From positions 3,616,001 to 3,680,000 of the forward strand of contig OZ223209.1 in NCBI GenBank assembly GCA_965140415.1: a DNA stretch of 64,000 bases, given 5' to 3'. The position numbers were made by a program, and so were the translations under genes. This stretch comes from Myxococcota bacterium. Lineage in GTDB: Bacteria; Myxococcota_A; SURF-8. The notes below the pieces were generated by a model, which worked only from the letters and a program-made list of their open reading frames with translations, ran no database searches and had not been told where the DNA came from. Of this stretch, positions 19,134-28,025 are shown piece by piece (positions within the stretch are counted from its first letter, which is position 1; each line of letters starts with the position of its first letter).

Positions 19134-21935
19134 ATGAACCGATTAGCAGGATTCATGGCGTTGTGCATCTTCAGCCTTGGCTTGATGGCGTTTGGCTGCA
19201 CCGGTGGCAGCGATGCAGGCATCACTGTCGATGGAGACGATGAAAGCAGTTCCGATGGCGACACCATAGACGGAGACGGAGAATTCGACACGGAGAATTC
19301 CGGTCCGACCGAAACGAAATGCGAAATGGTGAAAAACGTCAATGACGTGGATCTCAAGGCGGAAGAAGGCGGTCTGATTCAAATCTGCGAGGCGGGCAAC
19401 CCACTGGACGCCGTCAAAATCAAAATCCCAAAGGATTCTCTGCTTAACGACACCCACGTCACCATCTCTCAGAATCCAACCGATTTAGCCCTCGAAGGTT
19501 GGATACCGGTAGGAATTCCTGTCAAATTCGGGGCAAGCAGTGAGGGAGAAGTCAGCATTACAGGCGACTGTGAGATGATCATCCCCTTCAATGTCGATGA
19601 CCTGCCGGATGGAGCCAACAACTATCACATCAACATTCTGTTCTTACCCGAACACGTTGATGGCGTTACAAGTCCGGTGTTCATCCCGAAAACGGAAACC
19701 TCGATCGCTATTGACCGTACCGAGGAACTGCTCTATTTCCAGAACAACTATTTCGGTGTGTACCAGGCGTTCACCCCCAGTGAAATCTTGCCACCCACCA
19801 CTCGACGCTTCTCCTACCGCGGCCTGGCGGGAATCTCCATGGGCGGCGGCGCTGCGGCCATGACCGGCTTCCGCTATCCGGAAAAATTCGACGTACTTGG
19901 ACCGATGGGCGGTATTGCCGATACTACCTACCTGATGGGATTGATGCACGATTTTCATATGGGTGGTTTCTGTGATTACGAAACGATCACAGCCCATGAA
20001 GGCTACGACTCAATCGATGCCTTTGTAACCGATCTGGATGCGCAGTGCGGCTATTGCGGTCCACAGACGGTTCCAACCGCCTGGTCCACTCCAGTCAACA
20101 AATGCTACATGACAGAGCCGCGTGAGATGTACTCCCGAGACGAGCATGCACAAGGCTTTAACCACTGGTACTACGACGACAATGGTGGCAACTTCAACCG
20201 CGACTCGTATGTTGACCTGTTCCGCGATCTGTCATGGGGATATGGCAACCCAACCTCTTACAATCCAGAGTCATCGTTCTTCCCCGCCGGACTTCAGGGC
20301 GACGACCTGCAATGGTATTTGGATAACATATACGATCCCTTCGATGACAAAGTCGGATGTACGCAATTGGCAGACCGTATGCTGACCAATCCAATCCGAA
20401 ACCTGTACGATCGCGAATACAACCCAACAGCGGAATATCCGGTAATCGTATTCTGCGACGGTGTCTCCAACAGCAATCCACAAGAAACCGATCGTATCGG
20501 GGATTGGTATCCTGGAATTGATCCAGGAGCCCGCAGCCAGCGACTCGACATTGGAATAGCTGTAGACTTCAATGAAAACGGCGTACGTGATTACGGTGAA
20601 CCCGTGATTCGTCAGTTCTGGGAACCCTACGAAGATTGCGGTGTGGATGCGCTATGCAATGAACAGGAAGCCGGCTACGATGCCGAATCGAATCCGGACC
20701 CAGCAGGCGATGATTACAACCCCTATACGAATCCGACCGGAACGGAAAACGACGGTCTACACCAGGATGAAGAAACCTTCCTGGACTACGGTCTAGACGG
20801 CGTAGCCTGTCCGGTCGGTGCAGGCGAAACCATCGCGGAAAAATGCCCCTTCGACTATGGTGAAGGTAATGGTGTATTCGACAACAACCCGAATGTAGAC
20901 AATTTCTTTGCAAATGATTCCCGCGTGAATATCCAAAAGGCGGATGTGGACACCATCAAGCGTCTAAACGTCTGGATCGATGGCGGTATTAGGGACATTT
21001 TCAACTTCGGGCTCATGGGTGACAACCTCGGTGCGACACTGGATGCCAAACTGGCCGGCGAAGGATTTCCTACGGAGAAATATCAGGGATTTGCATCCTT
21101 GACTACGCCATCTCCTGCAACGATCAACGATTTCAACTTCCTGAAGGTGGACTTCGCCCATCTCGGTCAAAATGTGATGTTACGCTATGGCGACTACAAT
21201 GCCACCGACTCCATGATCACCGGCGGCGACGGACGACATGTAGGCTACATTCCTCAAGTGGTCTATCGCGTACAGACCTTCTACGCCTTCGCCAATGTTC
21301 ACTTTGCCAACGGCGACTATTCCCCGGTGGAAGACTACAGCCCTGCGAACCTGTTGCTGAAGCTTCGTTTCGATTCCGAAGTCATGGGTCGCGAAGTCAA
21401 ATACTCCGTCGCACTGCCGCCGGGTTATTTCACCAACAATACGGAAGCAGCTGAAGAAGGATTGCCTCATCAATGCGTAGACCGCTACCCAGTGGTTTAC
21501 CTGATGCACGGTTACGGCCAGAAGCCGGAAGATCTTGCCATCGCCCTGGGTATTCTGTTCGGTTATACCGCCAGCGGAACTTTCCAGAAAATCATCACGG
21601 TTTTCCCGGATGGCAAGTGCAATTCGCCGGGTCTGTGTCGTAGCGATTGTGAAAAAGACTGTAACTCGGCCATCGATAAGGAAACCTGCTACAACGATTG
21701 CATCACCGAACGTGATTGTGAAAACGTGCTGACCGAATGTGGACGCGGCAATTTCTACGCCAATCATCAAACCGTGGCGGAAGACCCTATCGAAGGCAAA
21801 GCCGGAGCGGATTTCCAACAGGCTCAAATCGAAGACGGCATGCTGGAACTGTTCGACTTTATCGACACGAACTACTGCACCAAGCGTGAAGAAGTCGTCG
21901 AAGTGGACGGCAAAACGCTGGACGATTTGTACTAA
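19134..21935 (+). CDS. Large lipoprotein with esterase-type alpha/beta hydrolase motifs in permuted order
   Basis: Lipobox AFG-C; GISMGG nucleophile elbow near aa 233; VALPPGY and YPVVYLMHGYG near the C-terminus; acidic and Cys-rich inserts. Confidence 0.8.
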   Translation: MNRLAGFMALCIFSLGLMAFGCTGGSDAGITVDGDDESSSDGDTIDGDGEFDTENSGPTETKCEMVKNVNDVDLKAEEGGLIQICEAGNPLDAVKIKIPKDSLLNDTHVTISQNPTDLALEGWIPVGIPVKFGASSEGEVSITGDCEMIIPFNVDDLPDGANNYHINILFLPEHVDGVTSPVFIPKTETSIAIDRTEELLYFQNNYFGVYQAFTPSEILPPTTRRFSYRGLAGISMGGGAAAMTGFRYPEKFDVLGPMGGIADTTYLMGLMHDFHMGGFCDYETITAHEGYDSIDAFVTDLDAQCGYCGPQTVPTAWSTPVNKCYMTEPREMYSRDEHAQGFNHWYYDDNGGNFNRDSYVDLFRDLSWGYGNPTSYNPESSFFPAGLQGDDLQWYLDNIYDPFDDKVGCTQLADRMLTNPIRNLYDREYNPTAEYPVIVFCDGVSNSNPQETDRIGDWYPGIDPGARSQRLDIGIAVDFNENGVRDYGEPVIRQFWEPYEDCGVDALCNEQEAGYDAESNPDPAGDDYNPYTNPTGTENDGLHQDEETFLDYGLDGVACPVGAGETIAEKCPFDYGEGNGVFDNNPNVDNFFANDSRVNIQKADVDTIKRLNVWIDGGIRDIFNFGLMGDNLGATLDAKLAGEGFPTEKYQGFASLTTPSPATINDFNFLKVDFAHLGQNVMLRYGDYNATDSMITGGDGRHVGYIPQVVYRVQTFYAFANVHFANGDYSPVEDYSPANLLLKLRFDSEVMGREVKYSVALPPGYFTNNTEAAEEGLPHQCVDRYPVVYLMHGYGQKPEDLAIALGILFGYTASGTFQKIITVFPDGKCNSPGLCRSDCEKDCNSAIDKETCYNDCITERDCENVLTECGRGNFYANHQTVAEDPIEGKAGADFQQAQIEDGMLELFDFIDTNYCTKREEVVEVDGKTLDDLY

Positions 21936-21975
21936 TCGAAGAGAAAGGGTTGGCCCAGCAATCGCAGCCCAATCA

Positions 21976-22686
21976 ATGTTGAAGCATCATACCCATGCGG
22001 ATCTGGTCGTCGTGGCCGCCATGCCATCGGAACTGGCTGCCACGACGATCCTTTTCGAAACCATCGACATTGTAGAAACCGAGGGTGGTACATGGCGATT
22101 GTTAGTCTCGCCGAAGGGAAAGATCATCTGGACAGCGACCTGCGGAATCCGGGCAAAGCACATTACCCCTTTGTTGCAAGCTCTAACTCGGCAAGTTGAC
22201 AACAAACAATTGTTTCTGGTGGGTTGTTGTGGAGCATTGACTCCTGAGCTGGAGCCAGGTGAAGCCATCATCGCCTCACATGTCGTAGAAACTCCGAGCG
22301 GAGCAATCCATTCCGTTTCAAATCATGGTAGCCAAAAGCTACAGCAAATCGCTCCCGATGCTCGTTTCGGCAAAGTGTTAACGGCAGAACATGTCGTCCA
22401 GAATGCTGAAGATAAATTGAAGCTCGGTCGTCAATTCGATTGCCTGGCAGTGGAAATGGAAGCCGCTATCGTGCTTAAGCAAACCCAAAAACTCGGTTTG
22501 AATATGAGTATGATACGTTGGACACTGGATCGAATGAACGAGGATATTGAAGCACAAGCAGAAAGCCGCGCTCCGATGGCAGCGAAAAAACAGTCCGATC
22601 AGGCGATAGCCTTTTCCGAGTTGAAACAACGTCTTGTCGGTCTGTCGGAAAAAACGCATGAGGTCATTGAGGCTTTACTGATATAA
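21976..22686 (+). CDS. Nucleoside phosphorylase / MTA-SAH nucleosidase family protein
   Basis: VAAMPSE, GCCGAL, AVEMEAA motifs; start taken at ATG 21976. Confidence 0.75.
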   Translation: MLKHHTHADLVVVAAMPSELAATTILFETIDIVETEGGTWRLLVSPKGKIIWTATCGIRAKHITPLLQALTRQVDNKQLFLVGCCGALTPELEPGEAIIASHVVETPSGAIHSVSNHGSQKLQQIAPDARFGKVLTAEHVVQNAEDKLKLGRQFDCLAVEMEAAIVLKQTQKLGLNMSMIRWTLDRMNEDIEAQAESRAPMAAKKQSDQAIAFSELKQRLVGLSEKTHEVIEALLI

Positions 22687-22785
22687 TGAAAATGAAAAAG
22701 CCCGCGTCGGGCTTGACAAGCAAGCGGATTCATTCTAGAAATTGATAGACTTGGATTGTTATTGGATTCGCGAAGGGAGGACAAA

Positions 22786-23544
22786 ATGTCTCGTAACGTA
22801 TTGATTTCATTGTTTGTAGTCGTATTCATGACGCTTTCTTTCGCCGCCTGGGCTCAAGAAGACCCCGAAAAGCAGAGCGTCACGGAAGACGATCTGGAAA
22901 ACATGCTGAAAGCTGATCGCCCCGCGAAAAAAGAAAAAGCGGAAGAACCGAAAGGTGAAGAGAAAAAAGCAGAGGATCAAGCCGCAGCACCGGTTGAAGA
23001 AAAAGCGCAGAAAATCACCTATCCTGTTGACGAGCGCAAGATCAAAGTCGCCATCACCATGAAAAACGGAAAAACCATCAAAGGCGTCGTTAGACATTTT
23101 CTGGTTTCCGAAAAGGTCATCGATCACATGGCCGAAATGAACTACTCGCTCTCAGACGGTCCTACGGTTCGCTATAAAATGGATGAGTTCTCCCTTCCCT
23201 GGGATAAAATCCGGTCGATTGAATTTGCGAAAAGAAACAAGGAAAACGGAGAGATCAGCTGTGTAGAAGTATCCGATATTTCGCCGGATCGTTTCGAATG
23301 CATCATGCAGAACGAATACAACGCCACCAGCAAAGACAAAACCAAAAAAGGCGCTCATATCATCCTGAACAAGGAAGTATTCCGCTTTGTCATCGACACA
23401 GGTAAAGGAATCGTCAACGTAGACAGTCACCTAGGTAAAGTGAAAATCACCAACGAGCGTGATGAAAGCCGTAACGCCAAAGCGATGGAAAAAGAATTGC
23501 GCGACGTATTTAAAACGTCCATCCTGAAAATAGCGTTCAACTAA
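22786..23544 (+). CDS. Exported hypothetical protein
   Basis: Sec signal ending AWA-Q, charged linker, SD GGAGG. Confidence 0.75.
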   Translation: MSRNVLISLFVVVFMTLSFAAWAQEDPEKQSVTEDDLENMLKADRPAKKEKAEEPKGEEKKAEDQAAAPVEEKAQKITYPVDERKIKVAITMKNGKTIKGVVRHFLVSEKVIDHMAEMNYSLSDGPTVRYKMDEFSLPWDKIRSIEFAKRNKENGEISCVEVSDISPDRFECIMQNEYNATSKDKTKKGAHIILNKEVFRFVIDTGKGIVNVDSHLGKVKITNERDESRNAKAMEKELRDVFKTSILKIAFN

Positions 23545-23572
23545 GCAGCAACAAGCACCCCCGAAATCAATT

Positions 23573-23604
23573 CGGCCACTCCCGATGGGGTGGCCGTTTT
23601 CTTT
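23573..23604 (+). terminator. Intrinsic terminator
   Basis: CGGCCACTCC-CGAT-GGGGTGGCCG followed by TTTTCTTT. Confidence 0.8.
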
Positions 23605-23624
23605 CCGAGCATGATGAGGCTCTC

Positions 23625-25001
23625 GTGTTATTGCAACGTGTTCGCCATTTTTGTGAGACTTCCAATCTGCTGCGTCCGTCAGACCGGGTGCTGATTGCAG
23701 TCAGTGGAGGTGTGGATTCAGTTGTGCTGCTGGATCTGCTCCATCACATGGCGCACCCGATGTCACTATCTTTGGCAATTGGTCACATCAACCACGCCAT
23801 GCGCGGCAAGGCGGCAGATGATGACCAGCAGTTCGTTCGCGAATTGTCACAACAATATGACATCCCTTACTTCGATACGAAATTAGACCCAAAACACTGG
23901 GATGAACCGGGCAATCGGCAAGCCAAAGCAAGAGAGTTGCGCTATGAAGCTCTACAAGGTTGGGCGAAACAGCACGAATTCAATCTGATCGCCACGGCAC
24001 ACCAAGCCGACGATCAGGCGGAAACGGTTCTGGCACGACTGGTACGAGGTGCGGGGCTGGACGGACTTGCCGGAATTTCCTCAAAACGCGGCAACATCAT
24101 TCGCCCATTGTTGACGATTCCCCGTACCGAAATTGAAGAATATGCCAAGCAACATAGGTTGCAATGGCATGAAGACGGCAGCAACCAGTCTCTGCATTAC
24201 TCCAGAAACCGCATCCGCCATCAAGTGATGCCGGAACTTGTCACCCTGAACACAAATGCCATCCAACACCTTGCACAAGCCGCAGATAGAGCAAGGTTGG
24301 CACAACAGGCGCTTACAGAATACGCTCGGTTGCATCTGGCGCAGCGTCTGCACGTTCATGCACCTAAACATATATCACTATCGGTAGAAAGCATCGGCGC
24401 GCTTCCCAAAGGGTTGCGAACGGCGATGTATCGAGAACTCCTGCTCGCATTCGACATCAATGGTGGTTATCCCCCAGACGCGCGCCTTATCGAAGAATTG
24501 GATAACGCCGCACAAAAACCTCATTCCATCGATGCTCGCAGCCTGCTGCCGGGTCTTGTCATCGAAGGCAGTCCTGGTCGATTGATTTTCAGAGATACCC
24601 TTCCCGAACCTCCACTTCCTTTCGAAATCGAAATAAAAGAAGGCTTTACCGATCTGCCAGCCGGACACATTCTGATGCGGCGCATCTCACCTGATCAGGT
24701 GCCACCGTTTATTGCCTCGGACAGCGCATACTTCGATGAAAACCTTCTTGCAATGCCATTGCGATTACGTTCGCGCCGCCCAGGCGACCGGATGCGTTTA
24801 CCCAATGTTGGGGAACGCAAGATCAAGCGCATTATGATCGACGCCAAATGGCCGCGTTCAAGACGGCAAAATACGCCGTTGTTGTGCGATCGGAACAATA
24901 TTCTGTGGATCGCTGGATTGCGCCGTGGGGAACACGCTTTAGTAACGGATCGAAGCACATCGATACTGGCGCTTACCTACCTGCCGGATAACTGGGAGTA
25001 A
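23625..25001 (+). CDS. tilS: tRNA(Ile)-lysidine synthetase
   Basis: AVSGGVDS PP-loop, HINH, ARELRY, TAHQADDQAET, IRPLL, RNRIRH, C-terminal RRPGDR. Confidence 0.96.
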   Translation: MLLQRVRHFCETSNLLRPSDRVLIAVSGGVDSVVLLDLLHHMAHPMSLSLAIGHINHAMRGKAADDDQQFVRELSQQYDIPYFDTKLDPKHWDEPGNRQAKARELRYEALQGWAKQHEFNLIATAHQADDQAETVLARLVRGAGLDGLAGISSKRGNIIRPLLTIPRTEIEEYAKQHRLQWHEDGSNQSLHYSRNRIRHQVMPELVTLNTNAIQHLAQAADRARLAQQALTEYARLHLAQRLHVHAPKHISLSVESIGALPKGLRTAMYRELLLAFDINGGYPPDARLIEELDNAAQKPHSIDARSLLPGLVIEGSPGRLIFRDTLPEPPLPFEIEIKEGFTDLPAGHILMRRISPDQVPPFIASDSAYFDENLLAMPLRLRSRRPGDRMRLPNVGERKIKRIMIDAKWPRSRRQNTPLLCDRNNILWIAGLRRGEHALVTDRSTSILALTYLPDNWE

Positions 25002-25015
25002 TAGGGGATAAAGAA

Positions 25016-25044
25016 TTGACGCCCTTCGCTTTGTTGTGTATTAC
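25016..25044 (+). promoter_or_regulatory. Putative sigma70 promoter
   Basis: TTGACG-17 nt-TATTAC with extended -10 TG. Confidence 0.45.
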
Positions 25045-25101
25045 GGTACTTCACGATGCAACATGGTGCAGTTAAAAGGTGAAAGCCGGGTGATAGTATA
25101 G

Positions 25102-26436
25102 ATGTCGTTGGAACGCTTTATCAGCCTGCGCTATTTGAAAGCGCGAAACGTCCGCTCCTTTATGTCCACGATTTCCATCATTTCGATTGGCGGCGTGATG
25201 GTGGGTGTTTGTGCACTGCTGGTAATCCTCTCCGTCATGGAAGGCTACGAAGCCGATCTAAGCCAGCGCCTCATCGGAATGAACGCCCACGGCAATCTGT
25301 ATAAAATCACATATGGCTTTGGCGAATACCCCCAAGTCATTGAAAAACTGGAAGCCATGCCGGAAGTAAAGGCAGCCACACCTTTTATTTTGCGTGAAGG
25401 CATGATTAGTTCGGAGGAAGAGGTTTCCGGGGCGCTGATCAAAGGAATCGACATCGACAGCACACGAGAGGTCACCACGCTGGCGGAACAACTTACCTCC
25501 GGTTCCTTGGAATCGTTGGAAAAGCCAGAACAATTGCTGGCCGATACTCAAGTAAAAGTCAAAGAGCAGGAAAAAGAAGGACGACCGGATCGTTCTTTTT
25601 ACACGCGCACAAAACGCCGTTATGGAGAACAGGTGCTGCCGGGAATCGTCATTGGAGAAGAACTGGCGAACTTCCTGAAAGTCGGCGTAGGCGATGAAGT
25701 CAACCTCGTCAATCCACTTGGAGGCGGTTTGGGAGCGGCGGGTCCGATTCCAAGTAATCAATATTTTAGAATTGCCGCGATTTTCAGCAGCGGCATGTTC
25801 GACTACGACATGAAATTCTGCTTTACGACCTTGAAAGCATTACAAGAATTCGCCGACATGGATACGAACATCACCGGCATCGAATTCAAAGTGTACCCCG
25901 AATATGTATATTCCACCCATGAAATCAGCCGGAAAATCGTAAAAGAATTAGGGGGCTTTCCCTATCAGGTGCGGGACTGGCGCGACATGAACCGCAATTT
26001 GTTCGCCGCATTGAAACTGCAACGCATTGTCATGTTTCTCATCCTCTGCATAATCATCCTGGTGGCTTCCTTCGGCATCGCCTCCACCTTGATTATGATC
26101 GTACTGGAAAAGAACAAGGAAATCGCGATTTTGAAGTCACTCGGCGCATCTCGCATCAGCATTATGAAAATCTTTATGTACGATGGTCTTATTATCGGAC
26201 TGATCGGCACCATTGCCGGAATCGGATTGGGACTGCTTCTTTGCCAGATTATTCCCGCTATCAATTATGAACTGGATTCAGCTATTTACGCCATCAAACG
26301 CCTTCCTGTAAAAGTAGAAGGGATAAACGTATTACTTGTTGCGATAAGCGCACTGGCCATTTCCTGGGTGGCAACCCTGTATCCATCCTTCAAAGCTGCG
26401 GGGCTTAACCCGGTAGACGGCCTGAGAAACGACTGA
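25102..26436 (+). CDS. Lipoprotein-releasing ABC transporter permease (LolC/LolE family)
   Basis: RYL...ISIISIGGVMVGV, SVMEG, EIAILKSLGA, ATLYPS; FtsX/MacB-type topology. Confidence 0.9.
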   Translation: MSLERFISLRYLKARNVRSFMSTISIISIGGVMVGVCALLVILSVMEGYEADLSQRLIGMNAHGNLYKITYGFGEYPQVIEKLEAMPEVKAATPFILREGMISSEEEVSGALIKGIDIDSTREVTTLAEQLTSGSLESLEKPEQLLADTQVKVKEQEKEGRPDRSFYTRTKRRYGEQVLPGIVIGEELANFLKVGVGDEVNLVNPLGGGLGAAGPIPSNQYFRIAAIFSSGMFDYDMKFCFTTLKALQEFADMDTNITGIEFKVYPEYVYSTHEISRKIVKELGGFPYQVRDWRDMNRNLFAALKLQRIVMFLILCIIILVASFGIASTLIMIVLEKNKEIAILKSLGASRISIMKIFMYDGLIIGLIGTIAGIGLGLLLCQIIPAINYELDSAIYAIKRLPVKVEGINVLLVAISALAISWVATLYPSFKAAGLNPVDGLRND

Positions 26437-26594
26437 ATTTCATTGTTTCAGTAAACTTAGCGCCATTTCGTCTATTCATGTTCTCGTATAAAAACTCGTT
26501 TCTGAGATATTGAGCTTCACGTTGAAATGTGGTAGTCTCGGCGTGTTTTTTCGAGACGAAATTACGAAACGAATCAAATCAGGAGTCCACTGTC

Positions 26595-27566
26595 ATGACC
26601 AGATTATGCGTGGGAATCGATATCGGCGGCACAAATTTGAAAGCCGGATTGCTGACCAATAAAGGCACCTTGCTGGAAGAACACCATATCCCCCTGGAAG
26701 AAGCGGATAAAACAGAGCAAGGTATTCTGGATGCCACTCTCAGTGGCTTGAAAAAACTGCTTGCCATCAGTGGCTTCGGTCTGGACTCCATTGTGGGTGT
26801 GGGCATCGGAGCGGCTGGAGTAATCGACAATAAAAAGGGGATCATCACCAAGTCGCCGAACTTCCCCGCTTGGAATAACTTTGCGTTCACCAAACGCCTG
26901 TCCGACAAACTGGGCGGCATGCTGGTCACGATGGAGAACGATGTCAACGCCATCGCACGCGGAGAACAATGGTGCGGAGCGCTAAAAGGTGAAAAGAATT
27001 TCATCGCCATGGCGCTCGGCACGGGTTTGGGTGGCGCCCTGTGCCTGGATGGGCACATCTGGACCGGCGTAGATGGCATGGCGGGCGAACTGGGTCACAT
27101 TTGCATCGACCCGGACGGTCCCCCTTGCAATTGCGGCTCCAACGGCTGCCTGGAAACGTTTGCCAGCGCCAACAGCCTGATCCGGCGTGTAAAAGAGGAC
27201 GACTTCCGGGATGTACTGGACAAAGTGCAAAACGAATGCGGCATCCCACACGAACTCGCCTTGATGGCCGAAGAAGGCAATCCCCAGGCACAGAAATACT
27301 GGGACGAAGTTGGTCGGGCTATCGGACAGGCTCTCGCGGGTCTGTTGAACATTTTGAATCTCAAGCTGATTCTCTTTGGTGGCGGTCTGGGAAAATCCTT
27401 CAAGCTGTTTTTCCCTGCCATGGAACAGGAAATGCAAAAGCGCGCCTATCCTGCCGTGTGGGCGGGAGTGGAATTCCGCACGAGCCAATTATGGGAAGGC
27501 GCGGGTATTTACGGTGCAGCGGCATACCTGCTTCATGAACTGCGCAAGCAAGAGAAAAAACTGTAA
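26595..27566 (+). CDS. ROK family kinase (glucokinase-like)
   Basis: GIDIGGT, ENDVN, LGTGLGG, GELGH, CNCGSNGCLE; no HTH; SD AGGAG before ATG 26595. Confidence 0.92.
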   Translation: MTRLCVGIDIGGTNLKAGLLTNKGTLLEEHHIPLEEADKTEQGILDATLSGLKKLLAISGFGLDSIVGVGIGAAGVIDNKKGIITKSPNFPAWNNFAFTKRLSDKLGGMLVTMENDVNAIARGEQWCGALKGEKNFIAMALGTGLGGALCLDGHIWTGVDGMAGELGHICIDPDGPPCNCGSNGCLETFASANSLIRRVKEDDFRDVLDKVQNECGIPHELALMAEEGNPQAQKYWDEVGRAIGQALAGLLNILNLKLILFGGGLGKSFKLFFPAMEQEMQKRAYPAVWAGVEFRTSQLWEGAGIYGAAAYLLHELRKQEKKL

Positions 27567-27586
27567 CAGTTTCAAAAGGAAAAACC

Positions 27587-28018
27587 ATGGCAGTACAGAC
27601 CAAGATTCAACAGGTTCACGTCGCCCGCCTAAAAGCAGGTGGAGACTTGTTAACGGAAATACACGAGTTTTGCCAGAATAATGGTATTCAGTTTGGAATG
27701 GTATCGATCATCGGCGCACTAAAGAATGCTACGCTGGGTGCCTATGACTTCGAGCAGAACGCATATTCGACATTCACCATCGACCACACCATCGAAATTC
27801 TACACTGCACGGGCAATATTTCCATGCTTGATGGCAAACCCTTCGCTCATCTGCATGCAACCGTGAGCGGCCATGATGGCAAGGCGCTGGGAGGGCATGT
27901 CTTCGAAGGTTGTGAAATCGCCGTAGCGGAATGCATCATTCAGCAGTTTGAAGGACCAGCCCTGCTGCGAGAGGAAGATCCGGTTACCGGACTAAAACTC
28001 TGGAAAGCGGAAAGCTAG
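27587..28018 (+). CDS. PPC/DUF296 domain protein
   Basis: IGAL, GNIS, HLHAT, GGH motifs. Confidence 0.88.
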   Translation: MAVQTKIQQVHVARLKAGGDLLTEIHEFCQNNGIQFGMVSIIGALKNATLGAYDFEQNAYSTFTIDHTIEILHCTGNISMLDGKPFAHLHATVSGHDGKALGGHVFEGCEIAVAECIIQQFEGPALLREEDPVTGLKLWKAES

Positions 28019-28025
28019 CGTAACA

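Noticed and set aside
21180-21827. 215-aa minus-strand ORF
   Set aside because: Antisense to the esterase lipoprotein; codon-mirror artefact.
21739-21975. N-terminal extension of the nucleosidase ORF
   Set aside because: Overlaps the upstream gene; family similarity begins near ATG 21976.
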